A DNA stretch of 64,000 nucleotides, from assembly GCA_026390585.1 (NCBI GenBank), contig JAPLFP010000355.1, positions 12,779 through 76,778 of the forward strand, read 5' to 3'. Below are positions 29,360-39,187 of the stretch, piece by piece. The translations under genes and the position numbers were made by a program. This stretch comes from Ignavibacteriales bacterium. GTDB taxonomy: Bacteria; Bacteroidota; Ignavibacteria; UBA10030. The notes below the pieces were generated by a model that was given only the letters and a program-made list of their open reading frames with translations, ran no database searches and had not been told where the DNA came from. Within the stretch, counting starts at the first letter, position 1, and every line of letters starts with the position of its first letter.

Positions 29360-30940
29360 TTAGAACTTGTACGTGTATTTGCTCCACAGCTCTTCCTGCA
29401 GCTGCCAGTACCGAGCTACCGCGTCATTGGCGATCTTTTGACTGTACTCTGTGAGAAGCCGCTTCACTTGTGCTGGATCTTTTTTGAACATGGCCAGCAT
29501 TTTTGTTTCGAATTCAGGTTGACCGGTGAAGGCCTTTGCTTCAATCTCCCTCCATACATGCTCCACATTTTTCACCATATCCTGATATCGCAAATAGCAC
29601 AGTTGCCCAACAGATCTGAATGCCCACCACGCACAATCCTTCCGGAATTTCGTTCGTCCGTCGACCATGTAACTCTTCGGCATGCTCTCGATGCCACAGT
29701 AAAATGGTGTATGCGGAGTCGTCACAGGATTGTCATATCCCAACCAAACGACGCCGCCAATCGGATCCGGCAGCCAGCTTCTCGATTGCGTGACATGCAC
29801 GTATGTTGCTCGTGGACAAGCAATCGTCCGTTCACTCTTCACGTTGAACAACTGTTTGTAGTCATTGTTCATGAACGGATTCGCAACAGGACTCTTGACG
29901 ACCTTGCCGCTCTTATCTTTCGCAACAACTCCGTTCGTCATGTCGAAATCAGTGTCCTGGTAGTAATCGCGAAACAGGTTGAGGATGTCGCTCACGGAAA
30001 GTTTTCTTTCGGCCTTGACGGAGAGCGGAAAGTTCTCCGCGTTCGGATCCAGTCTCAGAGACGGAGCGGCCATGCTTAGCACGCGCCATTCTCTCCGCCT
30101 CGAATACATGCCGTTCCTGTCCGCATACGCATAGCAGAATTCGAAAGGCTGATCACTCTCAGGCTTCCACCACCCCTTCTCTTGTGCGAGAGTGAAGACA
30201 TTTGCTGATGCCATGAAGCTGTCGGGATCCTTCAGGTTGATCTGACGGATTCTGCTGGCGTTTGCCGAGACCCCGACGTGATCGTCAGGTATTCTCACGG
30301 CTGCCCACACGGCTCCCTTCTTTCCTTTGCCCGGCCCAAGAATTTCGAAATGCCACGTTTCCTTTGTATCGGCAAACGTGAAGCACTCCCCATAGTCGTT
30401 ATACCCATACTGCTTAGTCAGTTCGTCGATGACTCTGATCGCTTCCCTTGCTGTGGTTGCCCTCTCCAACGCGAGCCGGTAGAGTTCGGGGCAATCAAGC
30501 ATGCCCTCATCGCTCTTGAGTTCAATCCTACCTCCGAACGTCGTCTCTCCGATGGCGAGTTGATGTTCATTCATCACTGGATACGCTGAGTTGATGTAGG
30601 CATACGTTTCCGGAACCTGCGGTATCTCACCAACCGATATTGCGTCCGGGTCATTCGGCCCCTTGGTTTCCTTCGGACTCATGTAGACAGGCACCTTTTC
30701 CGCGGCCTTGTGTTTCATGTTTGGAACAACGTTCATCCACGTTCTGTCAGTTTGCGAATCGCACGAATGCGAGGTCATTGTAGACCCATCAATGGACGCA
30801 GCCTTTCCGACGATAATGCTTGTGCAGGCATCGAATTCAGCTTTGTTCCCCTGATCGCTTCGATTGATCGTCGTGCTGCTCAGGATGAAGCAGAGAATGA
30901 AAACGAAGAGAGACGCGGAAACGGAGAGAGTTCTTTTCAT
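29360..30940 (-). CDS. C69 family dipeptidase, secreted (Ntn-hydrolase)
   Basis: ACTSIIVGK catalytic Cys, MNEHQLAIGETT, ALERATTAREAI. Confidence 0.9.
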   Translation of the reverse strand: MKRTLSVSASLFVFILCFILSSTTINRSDQGNKAEFDACTSIIVGKAASIDGSTMTSHSCDSQTDRTWMNVVPNMKHKAAEKVPVYMSPKETKGPNDPDAISVGEIPQVPETYAYINSAYPVMNEHQLAIGETTFGGRIELKSDEGMLDCPELYRLALERATTAREAIRVIDELTKQYGYNDYGECFTFADTKETWHFEILGPGKGKKGAVWAAVRIPDDHVGVSANASRIRQINLKDPDSFMASANVFTLAQEKGWWKPESDQPFEFCYAYADRNGMYSRRREWRVLSMAAPSLRLDPNAENFPLSVKAERKLSVSDILNLFRDYYQDTDFDMTNGVVAKDKSGKVVKSPVANPFMNNDYKQLFNVKSERTIACPRATYVHVTQSRSWLPDPIGGVVWLGYDNPVTTPHTPFYCGIESMPKSYMVDGRTKFRKDCAWWAFRSVGQLCYLRYQDMVKNVEHVWREIEAKAFTGQPEFETKMLAMFKKDPAQVKRLLTEYSQKIANDAVARYWQLQEELWSKYTYKF

Positions 30941-30967
30941 TGGTTTCTCGCATAACGTAAAACAGAG

Positions 30968-31048
30968 GTGTCGGGACTTTGGTCCTGACACTGCGACGCC
31001 TGATTTCGAGACATCGTCATATCAGCGTCAGGAGGTAACTCCTGACGC
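30968..31048. repeat. Pair of REP-like hairpins
   Basis: gtgtcgggac-tttg-gtcctgacac and gcgtcaggag-gtaa-ctcctgacgc, each followed by a similar tail. Confidence 0.55.
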
Positions 31049-31105
31049 CACAGCGCTAATTCGTTGCCTTGGCCGCTAGGATCCACACCTTGGCGGTGAA
31101 CCGCT

Positions 31106-31244
31106 GAGGCTGTCCCACAGACCATAGTTGTCATTTCGAAGGAGCCCCGCCTTTGGCGGGGTAGACTCCGCGACTGAGAAATCTGAATGAAACGAAAGAT
31201 TTCTCCCTGCGGTCGAAATGACAATGACACTTTTGGACGACCTC
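31106..31244. mobile_element. MITE-like shell with nested palindromic element
   Basis: Ends gaggctgtcccacag / acttttggacgacctc; internal tgtcatttcga...gagaaatct...agatttctc...tcgaaatgaca with inner ccccgcctttggcgggg. Confidence 0.6.
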
Positions 31245-31251
31245 GTAGGTT

Positions 31252-31932
31252 CTAATAACCCAGTTCTTCACCCACGAGGAAGATGTTCAGCCGATCTTTC
31301 ACCCGATTCGATTCGATGATGGTGATCTGGCTGCACGCTCTTGCCGGAGGGTGACAGTTGTCGTCGTCGCAGAATCCTGTATGTGTGCACGGCGTATCGT
31401 ACCCCAGGCGAATACAGTTCAAAGGAGCTGCGATATCCTTGATCCGTGAAAGGCCGTCTGCCAGCGTCGGAACGATCTTGTTTATCCCCACCATGAGAAT
31501 GACCTTCTTCGGTCCAAAGATCAATCCTGCAACCCGATTTCCCCTGCCGTCCTCATTCACCAGCTTTCCATCGGCCGTAATTGCGTTAGAGCTTGACACG
31601 AGAACGTCGGCAGTCATGCCGCGGAGCATGATTCGCTCCACTTCATCACTGCTGATACCCAGGCGGTAGCGGTCGAGCAATTCAATGTTCATCGATCTCA
31701 ATGCGGCCAGCAAACCCGATTGCATCACGGAAACAGAGCCGCCAAGAGCCACCGTCGCCTGCTGCGGTATCAACTTGCAGATCTCCACAATGGCCTCTGC
31801 GGCAGTACGATAGTAGCAGGCGTTCATGTCTCTTTTCTTGAGGTTCTCGATGACAAATTCGGCTTTTCTTTGATAGATGGCTTCCTTTGGTTTTGTGATG
31901 ATCTCATTCAAATCCATCATGACTGTAGACAT
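31252..31932 (-). CDS. LUD domain (lactate utilisation LutC/YkgG-like) protein
   Basis: GGSVS, SSSNAITADGKLVNEDGRGNRV, GPKKV..VGINKIV, Cys-rich C-terminus ending GEELGY; start approximate. Confidence 0.85.
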   Translation of the reverse strand: MSTVMMDLNEIITKPKEAIYQRKAEFVIENLKKRDMNACYYRTAAEAIVEICKLIPQQATVALGGSVSVMQSGLLAALRSMNIELLDRYRLGISSDEVERIMLRGMTADVLVSSSNAITADGKLVNEDGRGNRVAGLIFGPKKVILMVGINKIVPTLADGLSRIKDIAAPLNCIRLGYDTPCTHTGFCDDDNCHPPARACSQITIIESNRVKDRLNIFLVGEELGY

Positions 31933-32027
31933 AACAACCTCCGGCAAAAGTGCGTCAGCGATATGTGTGAGATGACCTGGAAAGAATGTAACACCTTTTC
32001 CAGACATCCTCTCAATCAAAATGCGCT

Positions 32028-32298
32028 AGAATTCATCCCAAAAAGGATAAGAAAATCTGACGCTAAAACTCGCTGCTCGCAATAGACTATAGCAACGAGT
32101 CATTGCGAGCGTTCTTTGCGAAGCAATCTATACATGGACAGATTGCTTCGTCGTCCCGTCAGAAAGCAACGGGACTTCTCGCAATGACTTGGTTGTATGT
32201 ATTGGTCTGCGCCTTTGCATTTCCGCCCTATGAATCCCGCCTATGAGCGGAATCCGAAAGTGGGACTTTGCGTGAGATTATTAGCTGAGACAGATTCA
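32028..32298. mobile_element. Composite MITE-like element with GTCATTGCGAG...CTCGCAATGAC palindrome
   Basis: Collinear with 53708-53934; carries an extra module that also occurs inverted in 14804-15084. Confidence 0.7.
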
Positions 32299-32426
32299 TT
32301 TTTGAGGTGGTTTCTGAACACCAGGCATGAAATAAAAATGCGCCGAATGGTCTCAGCGCATTTCTTCAGGTGCAACAATATGTCATCAGTCAATTCATTG
32401 CCACAAATGCGAAATCAGGCTCGGAC

Positions 32427-32906
32427 TCAGTGGTGCCCGCCGGATCCATGAACATGACCGTGGTCGAGCTCATCGGGCGTCGGTTCCCGAACGCCGACAA
32501 CCTTCACCTCGAAATTCAGAGTCTTTCCGGCGAGTGGATGGTTTGCGTCGACGGTGACAGTATCCCCCTCGACTTTTGTGACGGTAACAATTTGTTCCCC
32601 CGTGCTGCTGTGGACGCCGAATTGCATTCCGGTTTGCACGTCGTCGACACCGCTGAACTGAGTCTTCGGGATTTCGATGATCTTCTCCTGATCCCACTCA
32701 CCGTACGCATCGACCGGCGGCACGGAGACTTTCAATGTCTCACCAGCGCTCTTTCCCTCGAGCGACGCCTCGAGCCCGGGGATGATGTTTCCGATGCCAT
32801 GAATGTAAGTCATCGGTTCCTGGCCTTCAGAGCTTTCGATCAGAGCACCGGATTCGTCTGTCAATATATACTCGATGGTGACGACTTTGTTTTTCTGAAT
32901 TGTCAT
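32427..32906 (-). CDS. slyD: FKBP-type peptidyl-prolyl isomerase SlyD
   Basis: YIHGIGNIIPGLE, DANHPLAGKTLNFEV, His-rich tail. Confidence 0.94.
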   Translation of the reverse strand: MTIQKNKVVTIEYILTDESGALIESSEGQEPMTYIHGIGNIIPGLEASLEGKSAGETLKVSVPPVDAYGEWDQEKIIEIPKTQFSGVDDVQTGMQFGVHSSTGEQIVTVTKVEGDTVTVDANHPLAGKTLNFEVKVVGVREPTPDELDHGHVHGSGGHH

Positions 32907-33076
32907 TGCAGTCTTTTGTGTTGGGAAAAAGTTGAACATGCAAGATAGAAAGAACCGTACAAACTGCAAGGAATTTCGGGGAGTGTTGCACCAAGCTGCG
33001 GCTTCAATAGGTGCTCACTCTATATTATGGGAGATCACTGGTGGATTACAGCGGTGGTGCGGAAGGATGAATCTGG

Positions 33077-33308
33077 AAATACCAAGGAAACTCTAAATCC
33101 GTAGTCAAATAAATCCTAAATTCCAAATTCGAAGTCTCAAAGAAATCTCAAACCCTAAATCCGAAATCTCAAAGAAATCCCAAACTTGAAATTGCAAACA
33201 AACACAAGACTCGAAAACCAAAGCAGGAACCCATTTGAGATTTGTCATTTAGGATTTCGTATTTCCTTTGTATTCCCTTGGGATTTCGATATTAGAGTTT
33301 CGGATTTT
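33077..33308. repeat. Inverted heptamer repeat array without an enclosed gene
   Basis: aaatcct aaattcc aaattcg aagtctc...aaatccg aaatctc, then the inverted series aggattt cgtattt...agagttt cggattt. Confidence 0.8.
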
Positions 33309-33322
33309 GCCCTTCACTCTTG

Positions 33323-33715
33323 TCAGTTCACGATTTCCACGATCCCACGTTTCGTTGGTGACACTCGGATGCGGACGCGAATCGAATCTCCGTCGCTGGC
33401 GACAATTTTCCCAACGCCAACAATCACACAGTCATCATCTTGTGCACTTTCGACGTAGTACCGTGCGTTTGGGTTTTCCCCCATCGCGGCTATTTGTCCG
33501 ATCGTCACACCGTTGAAACTCTTGTTGCCTCCTCCTTGCGTCGCCGGTTTCCAGTAATACGTCAGCGCTTTTCCTGCGAAGGCGTGCAGGTCGGTCATGA
33601 TCGCACTTCGGGTGTTTTCAACTGCGTTTGCTGAGAACATGGAAACGCCGACGAAGATCGCTACACCGACAAGAATCACAGCCAAAATAACGAGCAGGAG
33701 TTGTGTTTGTCCCAT
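33323..33715 (-). CDS. Hypothetical protein with pilin-like N-terminal hydrophobic helix
   Basis: MGQTQLLLVILAVILVGVAIFVG followed by an amphipathic helix and beta-rich C-terminus. Confidence 0.75.
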   Translation of the reverse strand: MGQTQLLLVILAVILVGVAIFVGVSMFSANAVENTRSAIMTDLHAFAGKALTYYWKPATQGGGNKSFNGVTIGQIAAMGENPNARYYVESAQDDDCVIVGVGKIVASDGDSIRVRIRVSPTKRGIVEIVN

Positions 33716-33736
33716 TGCTCTGCAATTTTATAAGGA

Positions 33737-34408
33737 TCACACTTCCTTCTTGCTGTATAGCCGAGCCGAAATCTGAACGGAGACTGCCATGCTAGCAATT
33801 ATGAAAACACCCGCAAGCAGTAGCCAATTCGACAACCCAAAATACAGTGTTTCGTGGTCAGAAAACGGGAGCAGGCAGTCGACAATTCGTGGCCAGGCTA
33901 TTACCAGAATCAGATATCCGATCAAGATACGCCACAACGTGCCGTGGCGAACAATCAAAGGAATCACGACGGCAATTGTGAGGCTAAGTGCAAGCGCCCG
34001 AGCGATCAAGTTCTGCGCGAAACCATAATACAAATCGCCCAAGCGGACAGCGGTAAACGCAAGAGGTCCCAACGCTTCGTCCGAACCCACGATTCTTTGA
34101 GAAAAGAAGCCGTAAAGCACATTGGCCATTACGAGCAGAAGAACAAACAAGTATCGTGCGCTCATGACTTTGACATGGCTGATCGGGAGACTCCGATATA
34201 CAACTTGGTGCGCATTCTGTACTTCTCTCAGGAATACAGCGAGTACCATCACTGAAGCAGACATCAAACCCAATTGAATTCCACCAATGCCATAGTTGGC
34301 GAGCATGGCCAGGTGGCCCAAGGCGACCTCGACCAGAATGTAGATAGCAAGCGTCCAAAGGAGGAGAACCGCATTGAGCTTGAAATCATTTATGATGAGC
34401 CTGAGCAC
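33737..34408 (-). CDS. ABC-2 type transporter permease (paralogue 2)
   Basis: Multi-TM; SLPISH.K...ARY motif; paralogous to 34609-35151. Confidence 0.8.
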   Translation of the reverse strand: MLRLIINDFKLNAVLLLWTLAIYILVEVALGHLAMLANYGIGGIQLGLMSASVMVLAVFLREVQNAHQVVYRSLPISHVKVMSARYLFVLLLVMANVLYGFFSQRIVGSDEALGPLAFTAVRLGDLYYGFAQNLIARALALSLTIAVVIPLIVRHGTLWRILIGYLILVIAWPRIVDCLLPFSDHETLYFGLSNWLLLAGVFIIASMAVSVQISARLYSKKEV

Positions 34409-34608
34409 GACTAACCCCCTTGTGCATGAATTCGGACCGCGTAGTCAACAATTCCTTCTAGATCGGAAGTACTGAAAGTTCACAGAAGAACAGAATTGGC
34501 CGTATTTTCAATTGTTTCAGTTACCGTCTCCATGAAATCTATGCAGCGGTGCTTCAAGCGACGTTCCTTGACAATCACAATTGTCTCTATCCATCAGGTC
34601 AGGTCCTC

Positions 34609-35151
34609 TCATAGTTCTTTCCGAGCGTACAACCAAGTGGAGAGCCGGATGGACACGGCCAAGATCACGATCATGAAGACCACCACCAAAAACACCGATC
34701 CGAGTGATCCGAAGACGAGTGCCGAAGAAACTGACCAGCGTTGCAAGTAAGGAATACATCTCGACCAACCAACCATTACAACAACGAAAAGGAAATACAA
34801 ATCCATATGGCTAATCCATTCAGGCAACCCGACGACGCGCTGATAAAACATGCCATACAACATATTGGCAATTACAAAGAGAGCAACTGACAAATATCTG
34901 GCGTACACCGCCTTTGCGTGACTGATCGGGAGGCTGCGGTTGATAATCTGGCCCCTGTTCTGCTCCTCTCTTAGGAACACAGCAACTACCATCGCCGAGG
35001 CGAATGCGATTCCAGACTGGAGTCCGCTCAAGAGGTATTTGCCGGGTCCACCCAGCCAAGCCATCAGGACCAGCTGTACGTTAAAGAGAAGAAAAACCCA
35101 GAACACAAAAACCGCGTTCAACCTGAAATCATTTGCGAGGAGTCTGAGCAT
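34609..35151 (-). CDS. ABC-2 type transporter permease (paralogue 1, shorter)
   Basis: Multi-TM; SLPISHAKAVYARY; overlaps the ATPase stop. Confidence 0.8.
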   Translation of the reverse strand: MLRLLANDFRLNAVFVFWVFLLFNVQLVLMAWLGGPGKYLLSGLQSGIAFASAMVVAVFLREEQNRGQIINRSLPISHAKAVYARYLSVALFVIANMLYGMFYQRVVGLPEWISHMDLYFLFVVVMVGWSRCIPYLQRWSVSSALVFGSLGSVFLVVVFMIVILAVSIRLSTWLYARKEL

Positions 35152-36010
35152 TATCGCCTCCCTTATGCATAAAGAAGATCAGATCTTCCAGCGTCGGTTT
35201 ATCAATCAATACTTCGGAACTCAGCTGTTGCCGCACCACAGGGACATCTGACGTCAGCGCTTCGAACCCGTGCTGATGCTTTCTCCATCCTCTGAAAAAG
35301 TGCTTGTTGTCGCTTGTGATGAAGTCCTCACGGGCTTTCACAATTCCCCATTTCTCCTGAATTTCATCCTTCCATAAAGAGCAGCGGAGCTCGCCGTCCT
35401 CGATGAGGATTACATGATCCGCAATTCTGTCCAAATCGGAGGTAATGTGAGTCGAGAAAAGCACAGACTTCTCTTCACTCTGCATTATTTCACTGAGCAT
35501 TTCCAGGAACTCCCGCCGGAAGAGTGGATCGAGCCCTGTGGTCGGCTCGTCCATGATAATCAAGTCTGCATCGTGCGACAACGCCAGTGCCAGCGAGAAC
35601 TTGGTCTTCATCCCTTTCGAGAGGGCGCTGAACCTCTTCTTGCGCGATAGTCCAAACCGGTCGAGCAAGCCGAGGAATTGTTTCTCGTTCCATCGAGAAT
35701 AAAACGGGCCTATGGACCGCATGAGGGTGAGCAGGTCCTGATCTTCATAGAAATAGGGCGTATCGTACACAAAGCCAATTCTATCCTTGACCTCAACTTC
35801 ATGCTTCTTATTATCCAGGCCGAAGACCCTGATTGTTCCTTCATCCCTCCGGATCAAGTTCATAATCAGCTTAATGATCGTTGTCTTCCCGGCACCATTG
35901 GGACCAATCAGTCCTGTGATGTATCCTTTCGGGATGGCAAATGAAACGTTCCTGAGAATGAAATCTTTGTATGTCTTGCGAAGTGATTCGATCTCGATGA
36001 CGTTTTCCAT
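35129..36010 (-). CDS. ABC transporter ATP-binding protein (YtrB-like)
   Basis: GPNGAGKT, LSKGM, IIMDEPT, STH. Confidence 0.93.
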   Translation of the reverse strand: MENVIEIESLRKTYKDFILRNVSFAIPKGYITGLIGPNGAGKTTIIKLIMNLIRRDEGTIRVFGLDNKKHEVEVKDRIGFVYDTPYFYEDQDLLTLMRSIGPFYSRWNEKQFLGLLDRFGLSRKKRFSALSKGMKTKFSLALALSHDADLIIMDEPTTGLDPLFRREFLEMLSEIMQSEEKSVLFSTHITSDLDRIADHVILIEDGELRCSLWKDEIQEKWGIVKAREDFITSDNKHFFRGWRKHQHGFEALTSDVPVVRQQLSSEVLIDKPTLEDLIFFMHKGGDNAQTPRK

Positions 36011-36383
36011 CAGTCTTCCTCTAGGAGTAATGAGAGCATCCGCTCGAGTTCCTTTTTCTTGACTCCAAGCCTCTTCGCCGCTTCTACTGCTTCTGTCAGC
36101 TTTGATTCGATGAGCTTAGCTTCTTTTCTTTCAGAAGTCACTTATTCTTCGCTGAGATGAATGTCCCCTTTCCTGCGACGGATGAGATAAGTCCCTCCTT
36201 CTCCAGGTCATCGTAGGCCCGCTTCGTGGTGATGACGCTGATTTGCAGGTCGAGTGCCAGCTTGCGAATCGACGGCAGAGCTTCGCCATGAGAGAGATCG
36301 CCAGTGACGATCTGGCGTGTGATCTCGGATTTGATCTGCTCGTAGATTGGATCGGAAGATGAGTTGGAAATGAGGATTTTCAC
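36010..36383 (-). pseudogene. YtrA-subfamily GntR regulator, disrupted
   Basis: HTH intact (PIYEQI, LPSIRKLA, GKGTF); in-frame TGA at 36138-36140; LLKEKKL continues in frame and KLIESKLTEAVEAAKRLG...EED* in a shifted frame, ending at the ATPase start. Confidence 0.8.
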
Positions 36384-36421
36384 TGAGCGTGTCTACCTGT
36401 GAAGAATGACAGGATCTCGTC

Positions 36422-36468
36422 ACTGTATATACTGTATATAAGCTATATATACAGTTGGAGAAAGTCAA
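36422..36468 (-). promoter_or_regulatory. Promoter overlapped by a YtrA-type operator
   Basis: Perfect 10-bp inverted repeat actgtatata-N5-tatatacagt (36431-36455) plus an extra half site; TTGACT-17 bp-TAGCTT on the minus strand. Confidence 0.75.
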
Positions 36469-36623
36469 GTGAAAAATGAGCCTTGAATCGGTTCCGAAGG
36501 ATGCTCAGATTTCGGTGGGAGCCTTAGATAAAGAGGATGCGACTATGCTGAATGATCGAACCTGAGACAGGCACAACCCGTGCCTGTCTCAGCGAGAGAG
36601 TAAAGTGAAACACCGTTTGCCGT

Positions 36624-37973
36624 TTAGTGCTTTTCTGCCGCCTGTATTTCCCTCGCCACGCGCTCGGCTTCCCTCCACACACGAAGCAGGTTTTCTCCCC
36701 AGATTTTCCTGATGTCGTCTTCCGTGTATCCGCGTTTCACCAGCTCCAGCGTGATATTGAACGCATCGTCCGCACCATTCCACCCGGTGACGCCGCCTCC
36801 GCCGTCGAAGTCGGACCCGATTCCCACATGGTCCACGCCGATGACTTTCACAATATGGTCAATGTGGTCGACCATATCCTGCACAGTGACTTGCGGACGC
36901 GGGAATTTCGCATTGATCTCCGCCGTCTTTTCCCGGTATTTTGCCCGCTGCTCCTGCGTGAGTGCCTGCATTGCTTGACGTGCTCCTGCCCCGCGCCCTT
37001 CCGGCAACCCATATTCTTTGCGGAGGGCCTCTAACGCCGCCACACGCTCAGGCGAATCCTGCCTGGTCTTGATATACTCGGCTAGGGAAACCACTTGCAC
37101 AACGCCGCCATGCGCTTTGATCGCCTGAAGTGTTTCGTCATCAACATTGCGCGGATTCTTGCTTACCACATCCGCACCTGAATGAGAGGCGATCACCGGA
37201 GCTTTGGACAGCGTAAGAGCTGCTAGCGTTGCCTTTTTCGAAGCGTGCGATACATCGACCATGATCCCCAATCTGTTCATTTCCTGCACTACCTGTACGC
37301 CAAACGGACTGAGACCGCCATAAAGCTCTTTCGCTTCATCATCTCTGGGTGTCGAAGAATCACAGATCTGATTGTGGTCGCTGTGCGTCAACGTGATGTA
37401 CCGCGCCCCTTTGTCATAGAATTCTTTCACTCGGCTGAGATCCGTGCCGATCGGATAGCCGTTTTCGACGCCGATGCACGCAACAAGCTTCCCGCTCTTG
37501 TGAATCCGGACAACGTCATCTGCCGTGTACGCAATGTCGATTTGATCGGAATAGTTCGTCGGGAGGCGATGAACTACATCGAAGAGATTCTGGGCATTCC
37601 GATACGCGTTCTCATACGCTGAGTCTGTTCGCACGCCGACCGGTGTGAACACTGCGAAGAACTCTGCATCCAATCCCCCTTTCCGCATCTTTGGAAGGGT
37701 GACCTGCCGCTTGTTCTCTGGACTGCCGACATCATCTTTTTCCGATGCAAAATTGGCGGAGATATCCGCATGCGTATCCATCGTGAGCGCGCGTTCATGG
37801 ATACCCTTCGCCAGCGCGCGTATTTCTTCTTCGCTCCCCGTTCTCGGCTGTCGCTGGGTCGTGCTCAGCGAAGAACATCCTTGAAGAAAGAGAAAGAGTG
37901 TCACCAGAATTAATACAGGCAAAGCCTGCAAAACGTGAAGTGATCTTAGGAAACGGAAATCGAGGGAGGACAT
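36624..37973 (-). CDS. Membrane dipeptidase (peptidase M19), probable lipoprotein
   Basis: DTHAD, GVENG, LTH, DVSH, ASHS, PRN, GIGSDFDG motifs; LQGC lipobox-like sequence. Confidence 0.92.
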   Translation of the reverse strand: MSSLDFRFLRSLHVLQALPVLILVTLFLFLQGCSSLSTTQRQPRTGSEEEIRALAKGIHERALTMDTHADISANFASEKDDVGSPENKRQVTLPKMRKGGLDAEFFAVFTPVGVRTDSAYENAYRNAQNLFDVVHRLPTNYSDQIDIAYTADDVVRIHKSGKLVACIGVENGYPIGTDLSRVKEFYDKGARYITLTHSDHNQICDSSTPRDDEAKELYGGLSPFGVQVVQEMNRLGIMVDVSHASKKATLAALTLSKAPVIASHSGADVVSKNPRNVDDETLQAIKAHGGVVQVVSLAEYIKTRQDSPERVAALEALRKEYGLPEGRGAGARQAMQALTQEQRAKYREKTAEINAKFPRPQVTVQDMVDHIDHIVKVIGVDHVGIGSDFDGGGGVTGWNGADDAFNITLELVKRGYTEDDIRKIWGENLLRVWREAERVAREIQAAEKH

Positions 37974-38107
37974 GGGAGTTTGTTCAGCAAATGGTTGATG
38001 TCGGTCCGTGCGTGACCATTGTGGTTAGGTAAAACAAATGTAGGGGAGTTTTCCGGGAAAGCAAGCGCAAACCAGACAGAAGAACTGAGATTTGATGCTT
38101 TAGAAGC

Positions 38108-39187
38108 TTATCTCACAGCAGGGAGAACACTGTTCATGATGATTTCTATCGTGCTCATCCATTGATCGTTCCCGGTTCTCCCGGAGTAGGTCCAGTTGCT
38201 GCGGGTCACCACGACAAGTCGTAGGGCAGGAACGACAACGATGAATTGCCCACCATAGCCATTGGCGAAGTAATAGTCGTACTGGCCTGTGCGGCCAATC
38301 CACCAGAGATACCCGTATCCAGACCCATGGGGAATGACGTTGTTTGTGGAAATCTGTCCCCGCGTCGATGCACGCACCCAATCTGCCGAGACAATCCTCC
38401 TTCCTCCAAATTCCCCTTCATTCAAATAGAGCAATCCGATGTTCACCATATCCATTGGCTTCAGGGAGAGTTGGTAGCCGCCATAGTTGTAGCCGCGTTC
38501 ATCAGCCATCCAGGGACGATCTCCCATCATGCCGAGGGGTTCAAACAAGTTTTGTCTGGCGAATTCCAGCAGATTGACCCCCGTGGCCTTCTTGAAGATC
38601 GCTGAGAGTAGTTGGCACGCTGCCGTGTTGTACGTGAACGTGGTGCCAGGAGTGTTGACGACCGGAAGCTGAAGCGCATGTTGAACGTGATCGGGAGCGT
38701 AGTACCAGCTGTCGAGAGACGAAGAGTTCTGAAGTTCTTCCCATTGAAAGCCACCGCTCATCGTCAGAAGATTTCGGATGGAGATGGTGCTCGTTATCGA
38801 GGGGATCGCATCGTAGGAATCGCCCAGATAGTCATTCACGGTCGCATCGAGGCTGCGAATCATTCCTCTATCGACTGCAATTCCGAAGAGGATGGAGACA
38901 ACGCTCTTGGTGACCGACCGGACATGATAGAGAACTTCACGTCCGTCGCTCCGGAAGTACTCTTCTCCAACCAGAACGCCATTCCTGACAACGAGCAGGC
39001 TCATGACGCCCTGATTCAGTTTGGCTTCATCATAGGCTTGTGCAAGTCTCGTCGCATCGATGTTCTGTGCCGAGGCTTGGGGAAAACGCACATCATCGGC
39101 GTTGACTGGTTTGTCGCCGGCGCAGGAAACGAACGCAAGCGACACCAAAAGAGCCAGTACGGCCTGTGTGATTATATCTGTCTTCAT
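38108..39187 (-). CDS. Serine hydrolase, beta-lactamase family (lipoprotein)
   Basis: SVTK (SxxK), YNT, LLTMSGG, ANGYGGQ; VSC lipobox. Confidence 0.88.
   Translation of the reverse strand: MKTDIITQAVLALLVSLAFVSCAGDKPVNADDVRFPQASAQNIDATRLAQAYDEAKLNQGVMSLLVVRNGVLVGEEYFRSDGREVLYHVRSVTKSVVSILFGIAVDRGMIRSLDATVNDYLGDSYDAIPSITSTISIRNLLTMSGGFQWEELQNSSSLDSWYYAPDHVQHALQLPVVNTPGTTFTYNTAACQLLSAIFKKATGVNLLEFARQNLFEPLGMMGDRPWMADERGYNYGGYQLSLKPMDMVNIGLLYLNEGEFGGRRIVSADWVRASTRGQISTNNVIPHGSGYGYLWWIGRTGQYDYYFANGYGGQFIVVVPALRLVVVTRSNWTYSGRTGNDQWMSTIEIIMNSVLPAVR

Noticed and set aside
33077..33308. Possible CRISPR array
   Set aside because: Degenerate 7-bp units with no repeat-spacer structure and no cas genes
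36138..36140. Selenocysteine or readthrough at the gntR TGA
   Set aside because: Not a Cys position, no evident SECIS hairpin, and a frameshift follows
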